Shown piece after piece: positions 21,132-31,812 of a stretch of DNA of 64,000 nucleotides (position 1 is its first letter; every line of letters begins with the position of its first letter). A program made the position numbers and the translations under genes. The stretch lies in contig CM000435.1 of the NCBI GenBank assembly GCA_000165345.1, positions 544,001 through 608,000 on the forward strand, in the 5' to 3' direction. The notes under the pieces were generated by a model, which was not told the origin of the DNA, ran no database searches, and worked only from the letters and a program-made list of their open reading frames with translations.

Positions 21132-22529
21132 ATGGAGCAAATAAAGGATGAAATATTTTTTAAAAAAGATGAATGCTGGAAAGAAAGTGAAAAAAAATTT
21201 CTAGAAAATGAGTGGCGAAATTCAAAAGGATCTTTGGAATCAATTGTTTCTTCCAATTCACCTAATAATTCGGCATTTACAGTACGTTCAAAATTATCTC
21301 AAGATTCTCATTCTGATGAATATTCAGTCATGATAGATGATGATGCCCCTGTAGACGAAGAAATATATTTTCAGTTTTCAGACATATCAATTATCAATCG
21401 AGTTTTTTGCGATATCTCATCAGTTAAATACACAACTTACTCAGAAATAAAACATATCTTTTATTTCTTGAGCTTTTTCTTTTTTATACTTTCCATATTT
21501 TTATTCGAAAGGAGTTGGAATGGAGTTACAAAGGTTAAAGTATACTATGATAATTTTGGAAACTTTCCACTATTATTTAAGAATAATGAATACTCTTCGA
21601 ATTTAAGTGAAATCGAATACGAAAATATTTCTGAAAACAGCAAACTTTATGAGTTTACTGTTGACCGTACTTTACAAGAACCGATTTTTGTATTTTACGG
21701 GATTAATGGGTTTTTTAGCAACACTAAAGAATTTGTGGGTTCTAAACCTCCTGAAATATTTGGGTATGGCTACAAGTGCACCCATATACTATCCATTGAT
21801 GATATTTTAAGGTATAGACCCGATTTTAGGATTCATCTTGCAGAGTTTTTTAGAGTACCCATTAATTTCAACTTCACTCAAATTGACAGTATTTTTTCCA
21901 ATAATAAAAAATCAAGAATTTTCAAAATGAGTAAAAAAAATAATTCTATTAATAGAAATATTCTATGCGGACTTCCAATTTATTCTCTCTTTACAGATGA
22001 ATTCGAGTTAACAAAAAAAGGCTCAAGTAAGGAAAAAATACAAATCAGGGCCATCGATTTTCCAGAAGATCAATGGAAGTATAAAATGCTCCACAGTTTT
22101 AGGCAATTTATTTCTGGAGCAATTAATAGCAAATTCTTAAATCAGTCACATAGATATGAGAAAAAATCAAATGACAAGATTCCAAAATTATCTATGATGT
22201 TGTCAAGATGGTGGAGCCAAAGTATTTCTCCAAACTTCATTAAGCCATATGGTATAATTAGCTCTTCATATGAATATAGCAGTATGGAAGATATGATTTT
22301 GTATCCCGGCTCGTATGAACTTCATTTTATTTCAAATTTATTCCCAAACAATGCGTGGGGGGCTGAAAAGTATGTATTATTTATGAATTTATCAGTGTTT
22401 GGAGGAGAGCAATACTTGGCAGCTGTAATTTGTCTGTTTATAGCAATAGTCTATGCTCTTATTATTTATTTTAATCCAAAACGTGCTCAAATTATAATTA
22501 TCAAAAATAGAATTGATCAAAATATCTAA
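21132..22529 (+). CDS. CDC50/LEM3-family protein (P4-ATPase flippase beta-subunit-like) with an N-terminal extension
   Basis: Two TM helices (IFYFLSFFFFILSIFLF and LAAVICLFIAIVYALIIYF) flank a loop of about 310 aa. The loop contains FVFYGINGFFSN (compare CDC50 FMYYGLSNFYQN). The C-terminal FGGEQYLAAVI resembles CDC50 GGKNPFLGIAY. Moderate pattern match only. Confidence 0.45.
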   Translation: MEQIKDEIFFKKDECWKESEKKFLENEWRNSKGSLESIVSSNSPNNSAFTVRSKLSQDSHSDEYSVMIDDDAPVDEEIYFQFSDISIINRVFCDISSVKYTTYSEIKHIFYFLSFFFFILSIFLFERSWNGVTKVKVYYDNFGNFPLLFKNNEYSSNLSEIEYENISENSKLYEFTVDRTLQEPIFVFYGINGFFSNTKEFVGSKPPEIFGYGYKCTHILSIDDILRYRPDFRIHLAEFFRVPINFNFTQIDSIFSNNKKSRIFKMSKKNNSINRNILCGLPIYSLFTDEFELTKKGSSKEKIQIRAIDFPEDQWKYKMLHSFRQFISGAINSKFLNQSHRYEKKSNDKIPKLSMMLSRWWSQSISPNFIKPYGIISSSYEYSSMEDMILYPGSYELHFISNLFPNNAWGAEKYVLFMNLSVFGGEQYLAAVICLFIAIVYALIIYFNPKRAQIIIIKNRIDQNI

Positions 22530-22816
22530 CTAATAAAAGAACTTCAATACGTTTTAGATGATTAAGTAATAGTTTATATGACTGAATGGTAGATTGAAAT
22601 CTTTTCTTAAATATTATAGTTCATTCAGACATTGGAATTTAATGCTCAGGTGCATGTAGTTACCTTAGAGCTCACATTAGGCGCTTACCCCACACATTGC
22701 ATATTAAGTTTTCTAAAATATTTGTTTTTCGAAGGCAGCGGAAAAAAATCATTAAAAAACATTATTTATTTTGATAGTTATATAAATATATTTATTCTTA
22801 AGATTGTTTTCTAACA

Positions 22817-23674
22817 ATGACTTCTACATATGATTCTATTGGAGGAATGGGCATGATGGATAAATGCTACTTTACAGGGAAAAGCGATCTTCTTAATTGG
22901 CTAAATTCATATTTCAATTTAAATGTTTCTAGAATTGAAGACTGCGCAAGCGGAGCAATTTATTGTCAAATTGCAGATGCAGTATATTATTACCAAGTCC
23001 CAATGAAAAATGTAAATTGGGGTGTCAAACATGATTTTCAATATTTACATAATTATAAACTACTGCAGCAAGTTTTTGGAAAAGTTAATCAGCCAAAATA
23101 TATTGATATTAATAAGCTTATTAAGGGAAAATATCAAGATAATCTAGAGTTTTTGCAATGGATGAAGGGATTATTTGATGAATCTGGAGCAATTGATCGT
23201 GACTATGACGCTATAGGAAGAAGGAGCCTTGGAAAAGGGCCTTTTCCACAATATTCTGGGCAGGTGATTCCTATTGCCAGTATTCAGAATACTTCGGCTG
23301 ATTCCTCATTAAATACAGCAATTAACAATTCTAATCTGGCACCAAACTCCAAAAATTCTAACACTAAAAATATGTTGCCATCAAAAAATACTGAAATAGA
23401 AAAATTAAAAAAGTCGCTTAGGAAAGAAATAGAAGAGAAGGAAATCGTAGATAAGGAAAGGATGTTTTATTTTAATAAACTTAGAGCAATTGAAATATTA
23501 TATGAAGAGTTAAATGAAAAAAAAATTCCTTTCATGTCTTTGAAAGATATCTCTGAAATATTGTACGATAGTAACGATATAGATTTAGAAAGCTTCTCTA
23601 GGAAAATTATCGATTCAGCAACAATTAATAGTAATGGATTAACAAGTACTACTTCTGGGGTGGAAGAGCAATAA
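22817..23674 (+). CDS. EB1: EB1-family microtubule plus-end-binding protein (CH domain plus coiled-coil/EB-homology C-terminus)
   Basis: The calponin-homology domain is colinear with EB1/MAPRE: LLNWLNSYFNLNVSRIEDCASGAIYCQIAD...VPMKNVNW..KHDFQYLHNYKLLQQVF...KLIKGKYQDNLEFLQWMKGLFD. ATG start. Confidence 0.85.
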   Translation: MTSTYDSIGGMGMMDKCYFTGKSDLLNWLNSYFNLNVSRIEDCASGAIYCQIADAVYYYQVPMKNVNWGVKHDFQYLHNYKLLQQVFGKVNQPKYIDINKLIKGKYQDNLEFLQWMKGLFDESGAIDRDYDAIGRRSLGKGPFPQYSGQVIPIASIQNTSADSSLNTAINNSNLAPNSKNSNTKNMLPSKNTEIEKLKKSLRKEIEEKEIVDKERMFYFNKLRAIEILYEELNEKKIPFMSLKDISEILYDSNDIDLESFSRKIIDSATINSNGLTSTTSGVEEQ

Positions 23675-23742
23675 GAGAAGTAATTAAAATAATTGAATAC
23701 ATTTAGTTGCAAAATCTTTGTTAAGTCCAATTAAATTATATC

Positions 23743-24969
23743 TTAACCCTTCTTTCTCTTCTTAATCTTAATATTCGATTTAACTGCATTTAATAGTTCA
23801 ATTGGTTCAACACTTTGATCAAGCTGCACTTGTTCCAGGCTCTCGCAAATACGATCCGAAAAAGAGGCCTTTTCTAATTTAGATTCATGTTGAGTCTCAT
23901 ACTCATCAAACTCGGCATTTTTAATTTCCATATTGCTGGGACTTGAAAAAGCAATGGAACTTGATACTTCATTATCTGATTTATCTGGTTCATTATTAGA
24001 TAAAATTTGCATAATTAAAGGTGGATTCGCATCAAATTCTGTTTCGGTTCTTTTCGAATTTGTATTAAATTGATCTATAACAATTTTCCCTTTATTATCA
24101 GAACATTTTAATCTTTTTAGGTATTCTCCATCAAAAGCTTTTTTAAATTCCTGATGAAGTTTTTCACTGTGTATTGTTGCAATCTGAATTGCAAAATTGA
24201 TTTGATTCAAACTTAACTTGGCACCTCCGAATTTACTGATTCCACAGACTTCTTGTTTATCGTTAATAGATATATGAATTATTGTATCTGAAATGCTTTC
24301 TTCATCTGAATTTGGATCGACAATATATGAGAGCCCTTCCTTGCCATTAATGTACCCTATGGAAATAGAGAGGGGAAAGTGATGAACATTGAAAGGAATC
24401 ATTTCCAACTTTCGAATTGTATTTTCCAACCTTTGATAATCCCTTTCTCCAAATCCTTCGCATTTTGATTTTTTCAGAAAACTATCTACATCTATTTCAT
24501 TATATCTATAGTGCTTTAGTCCCGATAATGTAGCCATTAAACATGCATCAAACAAATTACCATCGTCAAAAAGCACATGTATCTCACATTTTACTGACCA
24601 AACACAAACTCCTGATAATATACATAGAATCTCAGTATCAATCGCTCCAGTTTCTTTCAGTATTCTCTCAATATAATTGGCAATTTCAGTCCCCAAAGTT
24701 GTTCTGTTATGACGAAATGCGTGGCTTGTAGGGTTTATACTTAAAGGACCTATATCCACTGTAAATGAAATAAATCCTTCAGAAGATCTTTCTTGGCTGG
24801 GAGCTACAAGTTCACTTTTTACTACACTTAATACATGAGTTCGACCTATATTAACTTCTACTTCGCCGTAGTTCTTGTTTAAATTAATTTTTACGTTTCT
24901 GTATTCATTCATTGTCCTACCATCAAGCCTAAGGCCGTATTCACGGACAGAAACGATGAAAGTATCCAT
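23743..24969 (-). CDS. Exosome RNase-PH-like subunit (Rrp45/Rrp42 family), 408 aa
   Basis: N-terminal RNase PH domain (LRLDGRTMNEYRNVKI...GRTHVLSVVK...EGFISFTVDIGPL...) with a long C-terminal extension, as in Rrp45. Confidence 0.7.
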   Translation of the reverse strand: MDTFIVSVREYGLRLDGRTMNEYRNVKINLNKNYGEVEVNIGRTHVLSVVKSELVAPSQERSSEGFISFTVDIGPLSINPTSHAFRHNRTTLGTEIANYIERILKETGAIDTEILCILSGVCVWSVKCEIHVLFDDGNLFDACLMATLSGLKHYRYNEIDVDSFLKKSKCEGFGERDYQRLENTIRKLEMIPFNVHHFPLSISIGYINGKEGLSYIVDPNSDEESISDTIIHISINDKQEVCGISKFGGAKLSLNQINFAIQIATIHSEKLHQEFKKAFDGEYLKRLKCSDNKGKIVIDQFNTNSKRTETEFDANPPLIMQILSNNEPDKSDNEVSSSIAFSSPSNMEIKNAEFDEYETQHESKLEKASFSDRICESLEQVQLDQSVEPIELLNAVKSNIKIKKRKKG

Positions 24970-25087
24970 TTTTATGCTTTTAATGAATAATTTCTTACAT
25001 TTGCAATTATTATCTATTTTATAGAAAATTGGCCAAAGGCGCTAAAGGCACAGAATGTTCATTCAAATGTTTTTCTTAAATTAATTT
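24970..25087. promoter_or_regulatory. 118-bp bidirectional spacer between the divergent exosome-subunit and Tdp1 start codons
   Basis: The only DNA between the two divergently oriented ATGs (24969 and 25088). It must contain both core promoters and 5' UTRs. No specific motif is called. Confidence 0.3.
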
Positions 25088-26623
25088 ATGGCTGCTAATG
25101 AAAAATTTGATGTATTAAGATCTCCGCATTTTAAAAAACCAAAGTTTGGCTACGATGTCATTGAGATCTCATCTGATTCTTCTATTGAATCTAAATTAGG
25201 GGATATTTCTTCAAATAATTATCTTAAATTAGAAACACCAATTTATTTAAATAAACTCAACTTTGAAAAAAAAAATTTGAAAAATTTATCGTTTAAATCT
25301 TTGTTTGTAGTAAATGATTGCACACCTATTGAGAAATCAGTTTGGAGAATTAAACATATTTTATTTTCAAGTTATTTGGCAGATGTTAACTGGGTAATTA
25401 ATGAAATAGGGGATTCTGAGTTAATTTGTGAAAATATTGAATCCATACTTTTTGTTTCTCATGGTTTTGACAATCCACAAAATTATAAATTGAAAAATTT
25501 CAATAAAGTGAAAAACAAAAAGATTTCAACATATTCTCCATATCTGAAAGTTCCCTACGGCGTATTTCACCCAAAATTTATTTTATTAGTGTTTGAACAT
25601 CTAGTTCAGCCTAAAAAGAACTTTGTTAGGTTCGTTGTTACATCCGCCAATCTTATTCAACAGGACTGGGAGCTAAAGATACAATCAATATGGGTACAGG
25701 ATTTTTTCCATAGTATTGAAAGGAAAGATTGTGAATTCTTAGATTACTTACAAGAATTCCTAAAAAATATTCTTAATGGATCTAAACTGAAAGATTTTTG
25801 GCTGAGCAAAGTTCAAGAATTCAACTTCGAGGATGCAACCGTAAAATTAGTTGCTAGCGTTCCCGGCTATTTTTTTGGTGATGAGATGTTCATGTGGGGG
25901 CATCTTAGAGTTAGATCTTTGATAAAGAGATTTGTTTCAAAAGACCAAGATAAATCAGATGAATTAAGAGAAAAGCGAGAAAGAATTGTCCTTCAGTTTT
26001 CGAGTCTTGGAAGAATATCCGAGAAATGGTTATACACTGAGTTAGCTTCGTCGCTTTCAGAAATACCTGGAACTGAGCTTGAAATTATTTTCCCTACAGT
26101 TGAACAAGTTGTAAACTCGATAGAGGGAATTAATGGCGGTGGGTCTTTACCTGTAAAGAAAGAATATATTTGTAAACCTTGGATAAAAAAGTTACTCCAT
26201 AAATGGGGCACAGGAACTATGAAAAAGAATGCCACAGATGAGAAAGTAATACCTCACATAAAAACTTTTCTTAAATATAAAATATTTGGTAATGCTATTA
26301 AAATTATTTGGCTAGTCCAGGGAAGTTATAATTTAAGTAATGCAGCTTGGGGGCAAATACAAAAAGATGGATCTCAATTCTGCATTAGGAATTATGAGCT
26401 TGGAATATTTATTCATAAGGATCAGTTTGAATTTGAAAGGTATTTTAAACTTAATGAAGAATTTCCAAAGTTTTTTTGGAAAAGAAAAAGTAATTGTTCA
26501 TTAATTTCGGAGATAAATGCCAATCAACCTAATGTACTTTTGAATTTTCCTCTTCCTTTCAAGTTACCTCCGAAAAGATACTCGAATAGTGACCACCCTT
26601 GGAATATAGAGCTATTAATGTAA
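25088..26623 (+). CDS. TDP1: Tyrosyl-DNA phosphodiesterase 1 (PLD superfamily, two HKD-type motifs)
   Basis: First motif is FHPKFILLVFEH...TSANL. Second is IPHIKTFLKY...WLVQGSYNLSNAAWG. This matches the Tdp1 H-K-N signature pair (HTKMM.., HIKTY..SANLSKAAWG). Confidence 0.85.
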   Translation: MAANEKFDVLRSPHFKKPKFGYDVIEISSDSSIESKLGDISSNNYLKLETPIYLNKLNFEKKNLKNLSFKSLFVVNDCTPIEKSVWRIKHILFSSYLADVNWVINEIGDSELICENIESILFVSHGFDNPQNYKLKNFNKVKNKKISTYSPYLKVPYGVFHPKFILLVFEHLVQPKKNFVRFVVTSANLIQQDWELKIQSIWVQDFFHSIERKDCEFLDYLQEFLKNILNGSKLKDFWLSKVQEFNFEDATVKLVASVPGYFFGDEMFMWGHLRVRSLIKRFVSKDQDKSDELREKRERIVLQFSSLGRISEKWLYTELASSLSEIPGTELEIIFPTVEQVVNSIEGINGGGSLPVKKEYICKPWIKKLLHKWGTGTMKKNATDEKVIPHIKTFLKYKIFGNAIKIIWLVQGSYNLSNAAWGQIQKDGSQFCIRNYELGIFIHKDQFEFERYFKLNEEFPKFFWKRKSNCSLISEINANQPNVLLNFPLPFKLPPKRYSNSDHPWNIELLM

Positions 26624-27235
26624 CTTAGAGCCAATTTTAAGTTTTTCAACTTCCTTGTACAGAGTAGCCAGCTCATTCTTATATAAGCTTACTAATCTCT
26701 CATGCTTGCACTTGATATCTACGCCATTATCTTTATTATTAGGGCATTCAGAGTATTTGGTATATTTGGAGCTAATCATTTCATTTATTATAGACCTCCA
26801 TTGAAATAAACGTCTATTTTTGCTGTTCTCCAAAACAGCCGTACTTTCTGGTTTGATTTTTTCAGGTGTTTTAGCAAATCCCGAGTTTGTATCGGCTAAT
26901 TCTGAAAAGTAACTTGCACTGGAAGACCTAGACTCTTTGGGTGTTGACTCATACTTCTCTATCTTTGCTAATAATTCGTGTATTAGCTCTTCACGTCTTT
27001 GAAGTTCTTGTAGAACTCTTTCAAACTCTTTTGCTATATGATCATCATTGTTTTCCTGGAACTTTATCTCTAATAATTCATCAGGCATCCAATATTTTTC
27101 CTTATATTTAGAGCAAATCAAATCAACATTTGAAAAATTCTGATTAAAAAGCAAACCTAACTCTTTCCTTATTTTGTACTGTTCCAATATCAGTTTACCG
27201 AACCTTATATCAATTTGCTCTTGATTTAAATTCAT
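26615..27235 (-). CDS. Hypothetical coiled-coil protein (206 aa)
   Basis: ATG-initiated ORF. Its stop codon overlaps the Tdp1 stop region by 9 nt (convergent). No confident family. Confidence 0.4.
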   Translation of the reverse strand: MNLNQEQIDIRFGKLILEQYKIRKELGLLFNQNFSNVDLICSKYKEKYWMPDELLEIKFQENNDDHIAKEFERVLQELQRREELIHELLAKIEKYESTPKESRSSSASYFSELADTNSGFAKTPEKIKPESTAVLENSKNRRLFQWRSIINEMISSKYTKYSECPNNKDNGVDIKCKHERLVSLYKNELATLYKEVEKLKIGSKLH

Positions 27236-27372
27236 TTCTTACATTTTTTTTTAATAAATATTTTTTAGTACGTGCCCTCATTTTTGTACCCCAGTTCATG
27301 ATAAATGACCAAACAAGTTTCAAATAATAAACGTAGAAGAATAAAAGCTAAATTATAATAATTACTAATAAA

Positions 27373-27793
27373 ATGGTGAGTTGTCTTTGGAGAAAACAAT
27401 ATATAAGATCACTATTAAGCTAGATAGCAGGTAAATAAACTATTAAGGACATTTAGGCCTATCTTTGATAGGGTACTGGTACAGAGAATACATCCAAAAG
27501 CTGTCACGAAAAGCGGAATTTTACTTCCTGAGTCAATAAATAAGGGAGGCAAAGGTTTCTTTATGGCAAAGGTGTTGTCAACTGGAACTGGGAAAATAAA
27601 TCAGTTTACAGGTGAATATAATAAATGTCTCTTGAAACCCGGAGATACAGTGATTGTTCCAGAATATGGTGGAATTCATATTCAACAATTTTACGAAGAA
27701 GTTAATCATGGGACTTCATTAGATTTAATGGTTTATAAAGAAGAAGATATTTTGGGTATTTTTGAAAACGATAGTAAGAATAATGTCAATTAA
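27373..27793 (+). CDS. HSP10: Mitochondrial/mitosomal chaperonin Cpn10 (Hsp10). The 2-exon model is join(27373..27375,27431..27793) and gives 121 aa.
   Basis: The track ORF 27563..27793 is only the C-terminal half. Reading upstream in frame gives FRPIFDRVLVQRIHPKAVTKSGILLPESINKGG...AKVLSTGTG...PGDTVIVPEYGG, the GroES mobile-loop/roof pattern. An in-frame TAG at 27425 lies just inside the intron. ATG(27373)|GTGAGT...AG(27430)|GTAAATAAA... restores the N-terminus M-VNKLLRTFRPIFDR. Confidence 0.7.
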
Positions 27794-27833
27794 AAGCTCT
27801 AATTAAATTTTTTTTCAAAGAGTGTTTTTGTCA

Positions 27834-29072
27834 CTAAAATTCTTTCAATTCTTCTTCAAGCTTTTTATAATCTTCTAATTCAGCCTCAATAAATCCAATA
27901 TTTTGTTTTGATTCCACAATATTGGTAACATTTATGGTTTTTTTACTAAAGTTCGGCTCTTTTTTTGTATTTTTTAAAAATTCTGAAATATATCTGCCCA
28001 TATTTGAATTTTCATCAGTTTGAATTCCTAGTATTTCACATAGCTCTTTAACCCAGGAGATTATCTTGGTTGTACATCCAATAGATATCTTCTTTCTTTT
28101 AGTTTTCCTTTCTAATGATTTCAATAATGTTTTAATCAATACATTTACATAAAACAAATAGTCGTTTTCTGACTTTACTTTGCTTTTCAGTAGATTAACT
28201 GACGTAACAATATCATATACTGCTACTTTGTTTTTCTCTCCAATTTTATTATTAGATCCTTTCTTTTTTTGCTTAAGGCAAGAAATTCTTATACATGGTT
28301 TAACATTATCAAATATTTGTTCATTAGTTGAATTAAAAATAACATTTATGGATGGGAAAATGTTATTAAAGATTTGAGAATTTATATCCGAATTAGATTC
28401 GGATTTTTTATCAAACATTTTTTCCTTAATTTTTTTGTACGCGTACATTGCATGGTTACTCTTTTTATTATTAATCTCCCAATTAGAAATGATTTCAAGC
28501 GTCTTATTTTCAGCAGCTTGAAATGGATTTATTAACTTTATATCAAGGGTCAAATTCTCAATATTTTTATTTTGATTGTAAATCAAATATATTTCTTGAA
28601 ACAACTCAATTTGGTTGTTTTCATCCAAAGCGCAATATTCAACCCCACTTAAATTAACAAACTTTCCCGATAACAAAATAGAACTTTCATTAGTTGCACC
28701 TCTTTCTATCATTGAAACTATTTTATTATATCCATTTGCTCCATGAAACTCTTTATCGAAGCCGTTTGTAAAGCTAAGCAGTTGGTATGCATTATTAATT
28801 GTTGGAATTGAAGAGCATTCTACATCCAATAGCCTATCTTTGCATTTTTCACAGATCCCAAGTTCTAAATTAAAAAAGAGACGGGTGTCTACTCTTTCGC
28901 ATATTAACACATTTTTGCATCCATCAAAAGTGGGCAGGACTTCGGTATTTTCATTGCTTTTTGTAACTTTGTTTAAAGTTTGGCTTGATGAGTTTAAAAT
29001 ATTAAAAAGTATTAGTTGATACAAAACCAAGATATAAATGCTTCTAAGGTGAAACAAATACAGTGTTTTCAT
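27834..29072 (-). CDS. Hypothetical protein with a hydrophobic N-terminus (signal-peptide-like), about 412 aa
   Basis: The track ORF starts at a TTG (29108). The first ATG is at 29072 (MKTLYLFHLRSIYILVLYQLILF...). The ORF is K/N-rich. No family recognised. Confidence 0.4.
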   Translation of the reverse strand: MKTLYLFHLRSIYILVLYQLILFNILNSSSQTLNKVTKSNENTEVLPTFDGCKNVLICERVDTRLFFNLELGICEKCKDRLLDVECSSIPTINNAYQLLSFTNGFDKEFHGANGYNKIVSMIERGATNESSILLSGKFVNLSGVEYCALDENNQIELFQEIYLIYNQNKNIENLTLDIKLINPFQAAENKTLEIISNWEINNKKSNHAMYAYKKIKEKMFDKKSESNSDINSQIFNNIFPSINVIFNSTNEQIFDNVKPCIRISCLKQKKKGSNNKIGEKNKVAVYDIVTSVNLLKSKVKSENDYLFYVNVLIKTLLKSLERKTKRKKISIGCTTKIISWVKELCEILGIQTDENSNMGRYISEFLKNTKKEPNFSKKTINVTNIVESKQNIGFIEAELEDYKKLEEELKEF

Positions 29073-29459
29073 AACTGGGAAAAATAAAATAATCCTTAAT
29101 TTGACCAATACTTAGAAATCATATTTTTAGATACCTGTATCCGAATTGAGCGCCACTGCAAACCATGCACCACAGTCGGAAATCGCTGTTTAAATTTTCA
29201 TTAATTAGAGCTGTCAAGTGCTAATTTTACACAAATTAGAGACAAATGATTTATAAAAAGGAAATTAAAACAAATATCTTAAAATTATATGTAAAGTTCC
29301 TAAACTATAGTAAGGATACAATTACAAATTATGATTGATATCCCAGACAAAGCTAAATATTTTTGAAAATAATTGATGTCAATCATTGATATGTTCCGTA
29401 TATTCCTTCCGAGTCATTCATTAAAAGTCAAATATTTTGACCAAGGTTAATCAAAGTAG

Positions 29460-29807
29460 TCACTCTTCACCTGCTTCGTTACTAATATTGAAGTACCTAA
29501 CTTCATAGGAACCTTTGCTTGTTGCAACTACACGTAGAAAGTCTCTAATTTGTTGTTTCTTAAGGTATTTCTTAGTTAGATACTTTAGGTATCTCTTTGA
29601 CATTGGAACTTCGCTCAATACAGTAATACGACCCTTTTGGCGAGAGATCTGAATCTTCGTGCCTAGCTGTCCGCACTTACCATCCACTTTTATGCGATCA
29701 TGGAAGAACTTCTCGAGCCCAGATGCATCGATGATATTATCTTGCATAGGAGCAGTGCAGTCAACAATGAAACGTTGAGTTTTATGAGCCTTTGTTATAG
29801 GAGCCAT
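29460..29807 (-). CDS. RPL22: 60S ribosomal protein L22 (115 aa)
   Basis: [44 protein letters not shown]...[46 protein letters not shown] is a near-colinear match to L22e. The conserved start is the internal ATG at 29807; the track ORF adds 10 upstream codons. Confidence 0.9.
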   Translation of the reverse strand: MAPITKAHKTQRFIVDCTAPMQDNIIDASGLEKFFHDRIKVDGKCGQLGTKIQISRQKGRITVLSEVPMSKRYLKYLTKKYLKKQQIRDFLRVVATSKGSYEVRYFNISNEAGEE

Positions 29808-30429
29808 TTTATCTCTATAATCAACTTGAAAATGCAATGATAATAATTTTAGTAAAATCTCTATAAAAAATTATCCGACAAGTTTTGTACAATTCTGTAT
29901 AGGCAGCGAAATTTTTCACTACCAAAGCTTAATTCATTAATTTGATATAAATAACTATTATATTCCATTTAATTAATTAATAGTTAGCCGCTATACATTA
30001 ATCTCGTCTCTAATTATTTTTGCGCCATTTATTGTTCAACTTTTAATTATTAAAATAAGACTTTTTGTTATATTTATAGACAAAAACGTGGTGGTACCCA
30101 TAACTTGGGCGCCTTAATATATCTGAATAGTAGTTTATGTTGGGGGAAATCATCATAGGCAAATTGAATATTTTTGAGATTCCAAGTTAAAATTATAAAA
30201 TTTGGATAAGACATTCGTTTTACAAAGAAATTTGGTTCGTATTTTTATATCAGCGTATGAATCTGTATATGAACAAAATTCGTGAATGCAGTATTTTTAT
30301 TTCCAACTTGATGAAGAGTTGAATGCTTTCAAGTATTAGAATATAGCTATCCAATTTTATCCGCATTAATCTCGGAGTTGCAACAATTATTATCTTGTAT
30401 ATTAACAATATTTAAGCTCTCTTTTCAAA

Positions 30430-31812
30430 ATGTTAAACATTCCAAGTACGGTTGACGACCCTAACTATCGTTACAAGATGCCTAAATTGGTATCAAAAAT
30501 TGAAGGCCGCGGAAATGGTATTAGAACGAAAATTGTTAATATGGCAGATATTGCTAGATCGCTTAAAAGACCACCTGCATACCCTACGAAGTTTTTTGGA
30601 TGCGAACTTGGTGCATTAAGCAAATGGGAGGATAAGGAAGAAAAAAGCATCGTAAACGGAGCACATCAACAGAATGATCTCCAACGGTTAATGGACAAGT
30701 TTATTCAAATGTATGTCCTATGCCCAAATTGTGAGCTGCCTGAGATTGACATAATTGTTAAGAAGGAGCGTGTTAGTTGCAAATGTAATGCTTGTGGATA
30801 TATTGGAGCATTGGATAACAATCATAAAATCACCACATATATTTCAAAGAACCCTCCAGGTGGCGTTGAAAGTACAATGGGAAGTAAAAACAAAAAGGAA
30901 AGGAGGGAGAGAGATAAGGATCGCAGTTCTGAGGGCTGCAATAATAGTAATGGCTCTACAGCAGCTGATAATGAGAAACCGTCTAAACATAAATCTAAAA
31001 AGGCAAGTAAGAAGAGCAGCAAAAAATCTCCCCATGAGTTAGATATATTTGAGAAGGATGTCTTGACATTTGAAAGTCCAGAGATAGTCGATGTTATTGA
31101 ACGCCTAACCAATTTCATGCAAAAGAATGAGGAGGTAAGTCCCGAAGACTTTTTTTCCGAGTTACGGGTCTTGCAAGTATCACAAGATTTTGATGAATTT
31201 ATGAGGTTTTCTGTATTATTAGCTGTGCTATTTGGATTGAAAGATCCAATTGATCCAAAAGTATTTAAATTAAGGATCCCTTATATTTCAAAAGCCGTAG
31301 AGGGTTCGTTAAGGTCAAATGCAATTATTTCTATATTTGAATCATATTGTGTTGAAAAGAATCCAAGCACATTAGCAACATATCCATATTTAATACAACA
31401 GCTGTATGATGCTGATATTTTATCCGAGAAAGTGATCTTGAAATATTATCAAAAAGATGCTCCAACATCTTGGGTATCTGGATGTTCTACCCAAGACACA
31501 TTTGAAAAGGCTAAAAAATCTTGTGAGCCGTTTGTCGATTGGTTGCTCGATGGTAGCAACGATGAATCTGATCTGAGCGATGAAAACAATGATGATTATG
31601 ATACAAATAACTCCGATATTGACGAAGACGATTCTCATTCGCCTGTTAGGAGCTCTCGAGTAAAGGTCAAAAGCTTGAATCTTTCAGAAAAACTTGATAG
31701 TTATAAGTTTGAAAGTTGCTCTGGTTCTGAGGATGACGGATCTCTAACTAAAAACGTGGAGAATTCTCAGTCTCAGAATAGTGACTCTGACCTTGATATT
31801 GACAATATCTGA
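30430..31812 (+). CDS. EIF5: Translation initiation factor eIF5 (N-terminal eIF2beta-like zinc-ribbon domain plus C-terminal W2 domain)
   Basis: N-terminus MLNIPSTVDDPNYRYKMPKLVSKIEGRGNGIRTKIVNMADIARSLKRPPAYPTKFFGCELGA with the CPNC...CNAC zinc ribbon is characteristic of eIF5. An acidic/Ser-rich linker and a W2-like C-terminus follow. Confidence 0.9.
   Translation: MLNIPSTVDDPNYRYKMPKLVSKIEGRGNGIRTKIVNMADIARSLKRPPAYPTKFFGCELGALSKWEDKEEKSIVNGAHQQNDLQRLMDKFIQMYVLCPNCELPEIDIIVKKERVSCKCNACGYIGALDNNHKITTYISKNPPGGVESTMGSKNKKERRERDKDRSSEGCNNSNGSTAADNEKPSKHKSKKASKKSSKKSPHELDIFEKDVLTFESPEIVDVIERLTNFMQKNEEVSPEDFFSELRVLQVSQDFDEFMRFSVLLAVLFGLKDPIDPKVFKLRIPYISKAVEGSLRSNAIISIFESYCVEKNPSTLATYPYLIQQLYDADILSEKVILKYYQKDAPTSWVSGCSTQDTFEKAKKSCEPFVDWLLDGSNDESDLSDENNDDYDTNNSDIDEDDSHSPVRSSRVKVKSLNLSEKLDSYKFESCSGSEDDGSLTKNVENSQSQNSDSDLDIDNI

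Noticed and set aside
22632-22814. 60-aa + ORF directly upstream of EB1
   Set aside because: Probably 5' UTR or promoter DNA. It has no homology, and it ends 2 nt before the EB1 ATG in another frame.
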